From positions 186,001 through 250,000 of the forward strand of contig NW_021824954.1 in NCBI RefSeq assembly GCF_006345805.1: a stretch of DNA of 64,000 bases. Direction: 5' to 3'. The notes under the pieces are model-generated. The model searched no databases, had not been told where the DNA came from, and saw nothing but the letters and a program-made list of their open reading frames with translations. Source of the stretch: Octopus sinensis. Lineage: Eukaryota. Below, one piece after another: positions 11,744-28,178 of the stretch. How positions within the stretch are numbered: position 1 is the stretch's first letter; each line of letters begins with the position of its first letter. Position numbers and translations under genes: made by a program.

Positions 11744-13638
11744 CTGTTGGAGAGAGAAAATCAGAGGGATTTTGTAATTTTCTTTTTTCAGTATTAATTA
11801 ATAACTAGAAGTTGGACGAAGATAAACGAGCTTATATCGTATTATAAGATTACTAAATGAAGAAAAAAACAACAAAGTAGAATTAATAATTGTATTTATA
11901 TATATATATATATATATAAATATATGCTGATAAATTATATATATATCTATATAAATGATATTTATGGTTATAATTTCAAAAATTGATTTCAGAAATGGAA
12001 CTGAAAGTAAGATGTGAACGCAGAGCTTAATTACATCTGAATGCCGTGGGAGGTGTAACTAAGCATTATATAGCTAGCTACAGAATGGACGAGTCCATTG
12101 TGTCGACGCCAGTACTTTTCCAACAGGATTCATTCTTTATATGTTTATTTTTATATCGTTTTTATTTTTATTTATTATACTTATTTATCATATTTGTTTT
12201 ATTTTATTTTATATATTTAATTCACTTAATATACTAAATCATTATTACAATTAAATTTTTGATTTTAGTTCTAGTTTTTGTACCTACATCGCTACAATTA
12301 CCCCCCCCCATCATCATCATCATCATCAACGAGAAAAACCAAAAGGTAGACCTGGTAGAAATAGCAGCCTAAAGCTTCCTCATATTAACACACATACACG
12401 CACACATATTAACAGACACATACACGCACACACATGCACGCACGCGTGCGCATACACAGACGCACACACGCAGACACATCTTTACTGTGTAGACCTAGAT
12501 ATACTACGTCTCAAAAAATAATTAAAAAAAAGGCTAGGAGGATAGTCACGACTGGAATGTCTTTGATCAAATGTCATTTTAATCAGGATAGACTCAGGTA
12601 CTGAACGACCACAGCTGTAATATAGCACCAACTTACACAATACCAACAACAACTATAATCATAGAAACAATAACCACATCGACAACAAAACTCATAACAA
12701 TTGTAACAACTAGAACCACCACCAGCAACAGCACCATCACCACCAGAACAACAACAAGAACGTGTTGTGTATGGAAATAGCCAAACTCCTATCCATCCGA
12801 GACCGCTAGCGTGTTTCAACTTCCTTTAGTACAGTTTTAGCCATTTCACTTAGCTTTAAACACTAACGATACCCAATTAAAGGTAAGGCATGCACATCAC
12901 AACTACCATCTCTATGAATAAATTATTGAAGATTTATTTTTTTTCATTTTTGCTTTTGATGGACGCTTATGTAGTCCTAGATACATTATGTCTGGAAATA
13001 TGGCAGGGTAGTCACGATTAGAACGTCTTAGGTTTGCTTGATCAAGATAGAGAGAGGGGGGAGCTAAACAACTACCGCAACTATAACATCATACCGTCAA
13101 TATGGATAGACGGGACAACGAGTGACGCACAGCATAGTCATTCGATCTGCTAGAAACAGCAGTCAAAGTTCTTCCAGACTAAAATTAAAAAAGTTATTTG
13201 GCAGTGTGGTCCTAGATACAAACTAACTGAAATAATCAGAATGGTCATGGTTGGAATACTTTTGATCAGTTAGGGTAGACTTGGGGTTAAACAACAAATG
13301 CAAGAGAGAGAAAGGGGAGATAAAATATAGTAACAAGGAAAGACAGCGAGAAAGAGAGAGTGAGAAGGAGAGTAAGAAAGAGAGTACGAGAGAGGACAGA
13401 TACAGTATAGTAAGAGGGAAAGACAGAAAAAGAGGTAGTGTGAAAGAGAAATATATAAAGATAGAAAGACAGACCAAGCGAGAGAGAGGGAGAGAGAGTG
13501 CTTGAGAGTGAAAGAGAGTCAGAGCGAGACGTAGAAATGAATGATACGGGAGTGGTTGAGATAGCCTGGCAAACAGACAGAACACACACACACACATACA
13601 TACGCCTACACCCGCACATCTAGATACATAGATGGATG

Positions 13639-13693
<55 letters not shown>

Positions 13694-13848
13694 ATGAAAA
13701 AGGAGAGCGAAAGAATAGTAAATAAAGAGGGACAATGGGGAATGTATGTACACACACACGCATACACATATGTTGATGCAAACAGGAACAATAGAACTCA
13801 AAATGTGAGTCTATATTTTTTATCAATATTTAACAGAAGTAACAAAGT

Positions 13849-13917
13849 GACTCAAGCTCCGAGAGTTTCGTGCATTGACACTTACCGCCAAGGCACGAAA
13901 CTCTCCGATCTTGAGTC
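13849..13917 (+). ncRNA. Pre-miRNA-like hairpin candidate
   Basis: 25-position stem with two mismatches (gactcaagctccgagagtttcgtgc / gcacgaaactctccgatcttgagtc), extendable by ttg/caa, with an 11-nt loop. Confidence 0.4.
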
Positions 13918-13945
13918 TCTCTATTGCTTCTGCTAAATATATATG

Positions 13946-13948
<3 letters not shown>

Positions 13949-14006
<58 letters not shown>

Positions 14007-14069
14007 ATGTATGTATGTATGTATGTATGTATGTATGTATGTATGTATGTATGTTCGTACGTACGTACG

Positions 14070-14103
<34 letters not shown>

Positions 14104-14200
14104 TGTATGTTCGTACGTACGTACGTATGTATGTATGTATGTATGTATGTATGTATGTATGTATGTATGTTCGTACGTACGTACGTACGTACGTATGTAT
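13949..14200. repeat. (TA)n followed by (TATG)n/(TACG)n compound microsatellite
   Basis: Direct inspection. Confidence 0.97.
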
Positions 14201-14282
14201 GTGTTTATGTGTGTGTACCTGCATATTCTCCACCTTCCTACTTCTTGTTCCTTCCTCCCTCCATCTGTCTCCCTCTCCTTCT

Positions 14283-14455
14283 GTCTCTTTTACTTGTTCT
14301 AATCATTGGACTAGCGGCCATGCTGGGGCATCGCATTGAAAGTTTTCAGTCGATCAAATCGACTGCAATACCAATTTTGAGGCAGTTACTTTATTGAAAT
14401 CTTCTGGCCGAACTGCTAAGTTACGGAGATGCAAGCAAACTGGTTGTCAAGCGGT
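14283..14455 (-). mobile_element. SINE family C, 3' fragment
   Basis: gcggccatgctgggg...ccgaactgctaagttacgg...ggttgtcaagcgg. Confidence 0.75.
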
Positions 14456-14504
14456 CTAAAACATTCTTATACATTTAGTCATACACATACACACATACGT
14501 ACGT

Positions 14505-15030
14505 ACGTTTTGACGGAGATTTTTCAAACTTTTTTCACCACATCCTTCTAAATGATGGCGGGGGGGGGGGAAGCTTCTTTGTGAAAAGATTTTTTTGAAA
14601 ATTTACGCATCAGACCAACTTCGTCTAACTTTTTTGCACTACATACTTAAAAACAATGTGAGATGTATTTTTAGTAGAAAAAAAATGGAAATCGGTGATC
14701 ACCATCATAGTAACGTAATTTAAAAACAATAGTGAAATCTTTCTTTACTATTTTCATTAAACCCACCCACCATCGGGATCCGACAATTTCGGCTTTTTTC
14801 GAAATTTTTTAAATCATAGTTTTCAAATACGGACAGTCCGAATCTGCAATTTGTTTCTGATTATAATTTCACAATAATTTTCGGACGAAAAGGTGATTTA
14901 AGGGAGATTCAGCTGTTGTTTCTAGCACATCCCACAACCACTTGGTACATTCCTCGTTTCTTTGTCATTTTAAAAGTATTAATGTTTTTCAATATTTTTC
15001 TCCCAATAGACATTTTTTGGAACGATGGTC
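14505..15030. repeat. Unclassified dispersed repeat (family G), related to 28750-29600
   Basis: Shared blocks tttgacgg.gat, gatttaagggagat...gctgttgtttctagcacatccc, ttcaatattttt.ctccc. Confidence 0.6.
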
Positions 15031-15370
15031 CATTGCTGGGATTTAATCTACTGCAAAAGAAATTTGTTATTTAAAGATATCAGAAGTGAATGCAATAGAA
15101 TAATAGTTGACAGGTTGAGAGAGGTTACTTTCTTGAGAATGAGACACTGCAGCGTGTTTCCAATGATGAAAGTAGATCCCCGAAGAGACGGAGAGATGGA
15201 AGTGTTTGGTGAGCATAGAGTTAGCTCTGGGGCGTTGAGGATAAAAGAGAGGACGTCAAGAGTGGTGGCTTTATTGCTTGGAAGTGATCGAACTAGACGA
15301 GTTTTACCAAATGCGTTCAGTGTGAAGTTGGCAGCAAAAAGTGCAGCGAAAGTGGAGGCAATCTTTGTGG
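15025..15370 (-). mobile_element. Degenerate LINE reverse transcriptase N-terminal fragment (CR1/Jockey-like)
   Basis: Translation ...FAANFTL...TRLVRSL...NKA...NAPEL...KK...LNNKFLLQ echoes the KA-GPDG-x-CAPEL / KKG-NYRPISLL block. Confidence 0.45.
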
Positions 15371-15382
15371 TATGTATGTATG

Positions 15383-15416
<34 letters not shown>

Positions 15417-15769
15417 TGTATGTATGTATGTATGTATGATGTATGTATGTATGATGTATGTATGTATGTATGTATGAACAGTCATAATAAAGAAGTGAAA
15501 AATGGAGCCAATGCTGCAATGAAACACTACTGCAGTATATGTGATCAGCTGCTTCAAACACCTTTCAGGGCTCAAAAATCATTTCAGCTCTCACGCTCGG
15601 AAAGAGCAATTATACGTACAGCGACCATGTACGGATACAAACACATAAACATACATACATTCCTACATGTGTGCATGTCTGTGTTTGTATATGTTTGTAT
15701 TTTAATATATGGGGTCGTATAAAAAATAAAGGTGGGCATAACTTTTTTTATCAACTGAGATAAGTCGTT

Positions 15770-16460
15770 CAAATTGCACGTGGTGGTAGAGTAACTTTCT
15801 TTCAGCTCTTCATTGCAGGCAAGTAATTGATTCCAAACAGAAGCAGGATGGCGTCTTTGAATTTTTGTCGAAGAGGGATTGCAGGCTCTATGACATCGAC
15901 AAAGAGCTTATAGTTTGCTTACGGGGATGACACTATTGATAAGAACAATTTGCACAGACGAATGAAGTTAAACGAAGAAGCCAGCGTTGATGACAAATCA
16001 CTATCATGAATTGTCAGCGAGCGGACGAAGAGCTTTGCGCGAACGGACGAGTCATAATTCGTCGTTACACAATTGGATTGTTATCATAATGCATTTCAGA
16101 AAATGAGAGACGACTTTGGATGTTGAGAAAATGTAGGTACCTCAACCGTTGTCATTCTATTTGATGGAAACAAGAGTGGAAGTTTGCTTTGATTAGCTGA
16201 AAGCACCTGAAGCCAATAACGATAGTTTTTTCCCCCTATCTGATGATAAGAGATGAGACATGGGTGTACCTTTATGACCCGGAAACGAAGGCTCAGTTTA
16301 TGGAATGGTATCACACCTCTTCTCCGAGGTTTAAAGAGTTCAATATCTAGCGTTCAGTGAAAGGTGTGGTGTCTGTCTTGGGAGATAAGGGCTCCAATCT
16401 CGTTGATTTTGTGGAAAATGGCTGTAATGTGAACAGTTAGCGATGCAGCCTCGTTGATAC
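15770..16460 (+). mobile_element. Highly degenerate mariner transposase fragment
   Basis: DETWVYLYDPETKAQ motif near 16250-16300, then DFVENG. Confidence 0.75.
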
Positions 16461-16662
16461 ACTAAAAAATAGTTTAGAGAAAACAAAAGGAAGAAGAAAC
16501 CAAACAGGAGACCAAAATAAGTCATAACATTTTTGTGTTACTTCCCGTATAAACCTCACACGTATTGTGTTTATTAAATAATATTTATCTCTCAACAGAT
16601 GGAGTACTTTTTTCGTTGATTTTACCATCACGGAACAGTACACTACACACACACACACAACA

Positions 16663-16730
<68 letters not shown>

Positions 16731-16781
16731 GCATATATACATACATATATATATGTGTGTGTGTGTGTGTATATATATTAT

Positions 16782-16819
<38 letters not shown>

Positions 16820-16899
16820 AGAAAGTTGGTTTGTGAAAGCACGTGGGTGAATATATAGAAAATAGTAAAGAGTGAAAAAACTACAGAAGGCTTAAATGT

Positions 16900-18408
16900 T
16901 AAAAAATATATATATTTGCGTCAATATGTCTGAAGAATATTAGAAAATTAAAAAAAACATTTTTTCTCTCATAATGACATAATTTAAAAGAAAGACCGGT
17001 TTCGCGTGTAGCTTTTCAAATTTCTTGCGACGTTATGTTTATGTTCAGAAGAGTTCTAAATAAGGGAAGGTAGTGAGTGATTTCTTCCGGTGTAAGGGAG
17101 ATAATCGCTTAAAATTTTTTTCCTTTCCCTTGGTGTGAATTTCTCTGTATCAGTATGTTCGGATGGTTGAGTCTGGGCTTGTACTTTTCAATGAAGAATG
17201 TTTCCTTGTTTAGTCTAATTTGTGTTGATGATCCGAAAGCACATTGGTAAAATGGAAAGATTAAAAATTGTGGTAGTAGTTGTTTTGCGCATTTCTCAAT
17301 GTGCTCACTAAAAGGTATCATTCTATATTCTGGGAATGCAATCTGTTGTCGATGCAGTGTGCATCTACGTCTGAGTGATAGTCCCGTGGAACCCACGTAG
17401 TCTTGGTGGCATCCCGAGCATTTTATGACATAAATTATGTTTTCAGAGGCACAAGTAAAGTTAGATTTGATCTTGAAATTCTGTCCCTCTTTAAAGAGGA
17501 ATTCTGATCCTTCTAGCAGGTTAGGACATGTTGCACAGTTCGATCTACCACATTTTTTACTTTTGCATCCGTAATTTCAGAAGACAATTTTGCCTTTGTG
17601 AGAATCTTTTAAAGTGATTTAGGCTGTTTGTAGCTTTTAATGATTTGGTGTATGTTTAGAATTTCCTTTAATTTGGGGTCTTTATGAAGTATTGGTAAAT
17701 TCTGGGTGATGATGGTGAAGGCTTCTTTGTTTCTGGGGTTGTATGTAGATATGTAAGGTAGTATTTTAGGGGAAGGTGTGTTGTTGTGTTGAACTTTTCT
17801 TAAAGTTTCTATGTTGATTTTTGTTGCACGTCTGATCCCATCCTCTATGAGTTGAGCTGGGTAATGTCTGTCAATTAGGGTGTTTTTGAGTTCTTGCAGT
17901 CTAAAGTTCCTGGTATTTTGTTCTGACACTATTGTGCATATCCTTCTTGCAAGGTTGAAGGGGATGTTTGTTTTAGTGTGTCTTGGGTGGCATGAATTAA
18001 AAAGAAGGTATTGTTTGGCGTCTGTGGCTTTGTAAAAAATGTCTGTTTCTATTTTGAGGTTAATTTTTTTAATTAGTATATCCAAGAACGGGAGCTCCTT
18101 TTGGTTGTATTCCATTGTGAACTGTATATTTGGGTTTATGCTGTTCAATAGGTTTTTAAATTTTAGGAGTTTATCTGTGTTCTCATTCCAGAGAATAAAA
18201 CAATCGTCTAAGAATCGTTTCCAATTCTCTTTTATGTATTGAGAGAGGGGGTTTCCAAAGATTGATAAAGATTCCTGGTAAATGATTATTTCCATGTATC
18301 CCATTGTTAAGTTCGCAATGACTGGTGCTGCCCTTGTACCCATAGCAATTCCGGGTTTTTGACGGTAAAATGTATTGTCAAACATGAAGTGGTTATTGTG
18401 TAGGATAT
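16900..18408 (-). mobile_element. 5'-truncated Penelope-like element: RT, thumb, Zn linker and GIY-YIG endonuclease
   Basis: GIAMGTRAAP..ANL, WKRFLDDCF, FNSCHP..TKTNIPFNLARR; then CGRSNCATC and IIYVIKCSGCHQDYVGST; one premature stop (17609) and one 1-nt frameshift (about 17555). Confidence 0.93.
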
Positions 18409-18488
18409 ATATATATTATATATATATTATATATATATATATATAAACAAAGATAAATGCGATACAATAAAATAAATTATAATCGCCT

Positions 18489-18519
<31 letters not shown>

Positions 18520-18918
18520 GTATGTATGTATCCAAGAGTTAAGGAATAGAGTAGATAAAATCCGGGTTACATATGTTTCATAGCGAGCGGAACCTCGGTA
18601 GTGGTAAATATCCAAGCAAGGTGTATACACGGCAATCCCCGGTAAACCTAACTGCCTATCGTTAAATATAAAATAATTTTTTTCAGCTTATCGTACTTCG
18701 ATACGGTGAAAATCCACAACCTTCCGCTCATATAAACCACTACTGTTCCTGAAAGTTATTTGTTTTTATATTTTCTACGAATTGTTTGAAGCTCACTTTC
18801 TTCCTAGACCTCGATCCATAGATCTTACATTTATATATACATGTATGTATGTATGTATGTATGTTGTATGTATGTATGTATGTATGTATGTATGTATGTA
18901 TGTATGTATGTATGTATG

Positions 18919-18957
<39 letters not shown>

Positions 18958-18973
18958 ATATATATATATATGT

Positions 18974-19677
18974 ATATAGGGAGAGTTTACGAAAAAAAAA
19001 ACAAAAGACGAAGACAGGTGGTGTAGAAAACAAACAGATGTATTGTGTGTAGTGGCTAACGATCTATCATGGCGACAGACTTCGGACAGAAGGGTCACAC
19101 ACGAGAGGCAAGAAGTAGAGGAGATAACAAAGTAAAGATGACCCCCAACACGAAGGTGCGTGTGTGTATAAGAGAGTATGTATGTGCGTGTGAAAGAGAG
19201 CTGGTGGTATGGACGTGTGCGTGTATGTGTAGGTGTGAAGATGTGGGGATGGGTGTGTGGGTGGTGTGATGTGATGTGATATGTAATGTTGCATGGTGTA
19301 GTGTGGTGTGGTGTGATGTTGTTGGGAGGTGGGGGAGGTGAGAGTGGGGAAAGCCCGGGTGGGGTGTGGGTTCGGTTGGGGTAGAGTTGGAGTTTGTGGG
19401 TAGGCAGAGGGTGGGGGTAGAGGTGGGGTATGTGGGAGAGGGTGTGTGGGATAGGATGGGTGATGGGATGGATGATGGGAAGGCGGAGTAGGAATGTGTG
19501 GGGCTGGGTGGGCTTATGGGAGGAGGGGAAGGTGGGTATGTGAGGAGAGAGGGGAGGAGAGCGTAGGCTCGAAATGTAAAAGACTTTTTCTATTCCTGAG
19601 CGTTATAGTAATACATCTGTTTGTTTTGTACACCACCTGTCTTCGTCTTTTGTTTTTTTTCGTAAACTCTCCCTATA
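18974..19677. repeat. Fold-back of pLTR family g (arms 18974-19045 and about 19608-19677) around a GT/G-rich spacer
   Basis: tatagggagagtttacg...cagatgtatt versus aatacatctg...cgtaaactctccctata. Confidence 0.8.
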
Positions 19678-19831
19678 TATCACATGCTCAAGTGGTCGCA
19701 CATGTTGATCCTGTCATTTCTTACCACACACGAACTTCTCCACTGGACTCTCTATCTACTCTTTATGGATTCTCGTTTGGACATTTACTCTCCTACCTAC
19801 GGATCACTGTTGACTCTACTCTTGATGCGAA

Positions 19832-19870
<39 letters not shown>

Positions 19871-20019
19871 AATTGGACATGGGCGATCGTTGTATTCTTT
19901 CTTGTGTTGAGGTTCACAGCCAAACGGCTGGGTGGATTCGCGTGAAAAATGGCACACATGTGCAGACGGGTGCATACATTGGAATGCGGTTTGTATTTTT
20001 TCCCTACCCCCCATACTTA

Positions 20020-20097
20020 CCGAGAAAATCGATTAAAACTTTTCTTATGGAATTCTCCTGTTTGTTCCGCCATTAAAACAACCAGTTCTTCACACAG
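20020..20097 (-). other. Candidate exon LCEELVVLMAEQTGEFHKKSFNRFS(R)
   Basis: Acceptors ctgttctcccctag / ttgctag; donor TCG|GTAAGT; open frame from the second AG. Confidence 0.3.
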
Positions 20098-20175
20098 CTA
20101 GCAACTAGGGGAGAACAGGATGACAGTCAGCCAAAACTTTCGCTATGCTGTCTCTCTTCTCTCTCACATACACAC

Positions 20176-20285
<110 letters not shown>

Positions 20286-20627
20286 ACATCCATTTCATAT
20301 ATCTTCTTTCAATTTCTGCTCTCTGCGAATAAAATTTTTACAGATACAACTGCTTACAAAAATAGGGATTAATGTATAATTTCTTTCTATGTTCATAATT
20401 AAATCAATGTTTTAATGATTAGACAGAGGTCCAATAGAATAGCTTTCAGAGACAGACTACGTACAGATTCTTTCTTCACAACTCCTGAAGCTGTTTTCTG
20501 ACAAGGGGGCGGGCTTCAATCAAAACAGGGGAGCCGAAATGATAAGGTTGAGAAACGCTGTTATAGATTATGCTTAACCGAAAACGATCACAGCCACATC
20601 ATCCAAACAGACCGGGCTTAGCTGCTA

Positions 20628-23760
<3,133 letters not shown>

Positions 23761-23774
23761 AACAATAACATTTA

Positions 23775-23857
<83 letters not shown>

Positions 23858-23989
23858 CGGGAAGCTTTATGAAAATAAACAAAAGACGAAGGCAGGTGGA
23901 AAACAAACGAACAATTGTATTAGTATGGCGCTCAGGAAATATAAATAAAACAAGTCTTTAACGTTTCGGCCTACGCTCTTCAACAGAAA

Positions 23990-24036
<47 letters not shown>

Positions 24037-24176
24037 GGTATGTAGAAAAATACAACATGGACAAGAACGTATAACTCTTAGAAGACGATACAATAAACAT
24101 GGACAGGACATTCGAACCCCTCAGTCTTCAGTCAAGAACCGGATCATCGTAGTAATTTATATATATAATATATATA

Positions 24177-24253
24177 TATAACATAAGGGGCATCAGCCAT
24201 CTGAATGTGGCTAGCCTAGCCACATTCAGATGGCTGATGCCCCTTATGTTATA
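24177..24253. repeat. Perfect 38-bp palindrome with 1-nt loop, next to a TA tract
   Basis: tataacataaggggcatcagccatctgaatgtggctag-c-ctagccacattcagatggctgatgccccttatgttata. Confidence 0.95.
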
Positions 24254-24294
24254 GAGCAGTTACTGTTTATATCTCGTTTAGAGAATTATTATTG

Positions 24295-24361
<67 letters not shown>

Positions 24362-24734
24362 ATATATATAATATATATATATATACTGCAGGTCCAGTAT
24401 GGAAGGCTTTCGGATTGAGCCTTTGTGATGCGGATACAACTCCTTAATTGTCTTTAAATAATGGCTAGTGCGAGCACAGAGAGCACAGTCAGATGGGTGA
24501 GCTAGCACCGACCGACAGTAGAGGGCTAGCATTGAATTCAATCGGAGGAGTGAGCAGAGTAGGCAGGGTAAGCAGCATTGATTCCGAAGGTGGGGCCAGA
24601 ACGGAGGTCGGGTGGTGCGGAGGAGGGTTAAAAGTTGTAGGAGTGGTGGGATTGGCAGGGTTAATTCCGTTTCCATCGGTGGGGCTAGGACGAAGGACGG
24701 GTGGTGGGGAGAATTGTATATATATGTATATATA

Positions 24735-24965
24735 TTTCTTTATTGGTTAGCCCACAGGGGGCTAACCATAGAGGTGACAAACAAGGACAGACAAAGGGAT
24801 TAAGTCGATTACATCGACCCTAGTGCGCAACTGGTACTTATTTAATCGACCCCGAAAGGATGAAAGGCAAAGTCGACCTCGGTGGAATTTGAACTCATAA
24901 CGTAAAGACAGACAAAATTCCGCTAACCATTTCGCCCAGTGTGCCAAGGTTTCTGCCAGCTCGCC
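24735..24965 (-). mobile_element. tRNA-derived SINE, family B
   Basis: Near-identical to 6001-6214. Confidence 0.9.
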
Positions 24966-24969
24966 GTCT

Positions 24970-25380
<411 letters not shown>

Positions 25381-25577
25381 AAAACAAGTCTTTTACGTTT
25401 CGAGCCTACGTTCTTCAACAGAAAGATACACAGAAAGAAACACGGAGAGAAACAAGGAAAGAAAAAAAATGCGTGCAGAAGCTATATATATATATATTCC
25501 TGACCGCCATACTAATACAATTGTTTGTTTGTACTCCACCTGCCTTCGTCTTTAGTTTATTTTCATAAAGCTTCCCG

Positions 25578-25618
<41 letters not shown>

Positions 25619-25904
25619 CGTGTAAATGCGTATATATATGTATATGTATATATGTGTGTGTATATACATATATATATATATATAAATGTATATGTAGCCA
25701 TTTATTTATATTTGTGTGAGTGTGTGTGTATGTATGTGTGTGTACACACACATACACAGGCGCACGCGCACACACATATATGCTAAGTTAAAGAAATGAG
25801 GACCACTAGTGTCGCGAACCGTGCTTTAAGTTATTAGAAAAGTATATTTTTTTGAGTATATACGCAAACCTTACATAGTTCCGACTAGCCGCGCGAAGGT
25901 AGTT

Positions 25905-25955
25905 ATGTATGTATGTATGTATGTATGTATGTATGTATGTATGTATGTATGTATG

Positions 25956-25985
<30 letters not shown>
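25905..25985. repeat. (TATG)n microsatellite
   Basis: Direct inspection. Confidence 0.97.
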
Positions 25986-25986
<1 letters not shown>

Positions 25987-26439
25987 GCACGAGCGTTCGC
26001 GTGTGAAAATTTTCTATTTACATGTACATTGTGCTATTATCAGTCGATATCTTACAGACATAAGTCAATGAGGCATATTAATAGGGATTCGTTTGTTTGA
26101 CACGTAGGTGACATATAGCGTGCCGTATGTCTGTTTACGTATCTATCTGAGTGTCGATGTCCTTGTTTTGTTGGGGCTTTGACAGATCTGTCCTGACTAA
26201 TGAGTCCTAGAATTAAAGGTTTTCCTACTATGACCATTCCGTCTTATTTTCGAATATTGTTTATTGAGGATTATAATTTTTCACGCCACCGCATCTTTTT
26301 GAATCAAATAAACACCACATCAACCACAACCTTATTTCACACTAAATGTCGAGTTATATTAAGTTATAACCGCTTACGTTCTGAGTTCAAAGCGCCCGCT
26401 TATTTACTTAGTTTTTTTTCTTTTATTCATTCTCTTGTT

Positions 26440-26670
26440 GTCTGTAAAATATATACCCGTAATACAGTGTCAAATGTAAGTCGTACCAGGCAATAGTGCT
26501 TTCTTCCTGGTTGTATGAAATTGAACAATCTACAAAACTCAAGTAGACAAGTTACATGCATATATGAGGAGACATCTGCGACGAATTATGAATTGGTAAG
26601 ATCAGCAATGAAGAGATCCAATGGCGTGCTGGTCACCTTCCTATGATAGAAATCCTCATTGATAGAAATT
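26440..26670 (+). mobile_element. Degenerate RTE LINE 3' fragment
   Basis: DKLHAYMRRHLRRIMNW...NEEI.WRAGHLP resembles the post-RT region of RTE elements. Confidence 0.55.
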
Positions 26671-26689
26671 TATGTTGGTTGGGTTCATC

Positions 26690-27423
26690 ATCATTCATCA
26701 TTGTTCGACCGTGGTCGAGACAATGGAATTTACTATGTTACGCCAGACTTCACGGTCCATCATAGCATTACGGAGGTCCTGTTGCTGGATGCCTGTATCC
26801 CTGGAGATTACATCAGGGTAGGAGAGTGTGCGCCCTCTGGTATTGCGAGTAGATGGCTTCCAGAGGAGAAGAGTAGAAATTACTTCTTTTTCAGCTCTAC
26901 AACAAGGGTAGCTTCACAAGAGATGACACAGGTGGTAATTTCCCATATATTTGCATTTTGGTTGGATGGCGCTTCCACGAGAGATTTTGAGCTCTCATAA
27001 GGAGGCGAGTGTAGGTTCCATTCAACCGCCTCTCAAGCTTCTTTGATAACGTCCAGGTTTCTGAGCCATATAGTAGAATTGGTTCGACTGTGGCTTTGAA
27101 TATTTCAAGTTTGAAGTCTCTACTTAGATTTAATGACCAGATCTTATGCATGTCATTACAGGCTGACCAGGCCATACCCTTTCTAGTTAGAAAGTCTTTT
27201 CCAGATGATGATATGTATGACCCAAGATATTTATAATCAGAAACCATATTTAAAGGCGCACTGTTGAGAGTGTGGATGATGCAATCGCTGTTGGACAGGC
27301 ACTTGTTTATGTATTCAGTTTTGGCCTCATTGAGGTAAAGACCTACACAATTTGAGGCTTGTTCAAGAGATTGTAAAAGAGACTGGGCATTGGAGAGAGA
27401 ATCACTGATAAGAGCGTAACCGC
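26690..27423 (-). mobile_element. 5'-truncated RTE-class LINE
   Basis: ALISDSLSNAQ...GLYLNEAKTE...YKYLGS...ILLYGSETWTL...; short tandem-repeat tail near 26690. Confidence 0.88.
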
Positions 27424-27830
27424 TTTCTGAAAGCATTCCTGCTAACAACTTCCACACTAATGGTAAGCAATAGCTATAGTTGCTAGCTGTATTATCCTTG
27501 CTCTTATCCTTCATAATGAGTATTGTCCTCCCTCTAGTCATCCAATCTGGTATTATTCCCCCATTAAGGCAATCGTGAAGTTGTTCCCTCAGCCTCCCAT
27601 GTAAACTACTGAATTACATTAGCCAGTACCCTTGAATTAAATCTGGTCCGAGGTCCTTCCAATTCGGCATTTTTCCTAACACTTTACTCATTAATGCACT
27701 AGTTAATCTTAGATCTGGCTGCTCCTCACTCACTACTTTCTTTAACCATACTACATCCCCATATGATTGACTGCTTTATCCCAAATGTTACTCCAGAACT
27801 TTCTAGCTTACTTTGAATTAGGTTTCCCAT
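27424..27830 (-). mobile_element. R4/Dong LINE RT fragment
   Basis: NWKDLGPDLIQGYWL...PDWMTRGRTILIMKDK...NY..CLPLVWKLL. Confidence 0.75.
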
Positions 27831-28085
27831 CTCAATAGAGGCGATTGATTGGTTAAAATTCGAAAAATTAAACTACGTTAAACTTACAAATTACAATTTT
27901 CTCAAGAAAGCCAAGAGAAAAAAATGTTTTGACACATTCTACCAGTATACGAAGTTTAAAAGTGTTTAGTTAACTAGAAATTGTGTTGAAAACTGCCGTT
28001 CAAAAGGAAAAGATCCAATATACATTCTTTCATATATCTTTCCCTGACTAGAAAAGCTTACTTAGTTTATTGTGAAAAGAAATGA

Positions 28086-28099
28086 GCTAGCTAGCTAGC

Positions 28100-28176
<77 letters not shown>
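28086..28176. repeat. (GCTA)(GATA)(GA) compound microsatellite
   Basis: Direct inspection. Confidence 0.95.
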
Positions 28177-28178
<2 letters not shown>

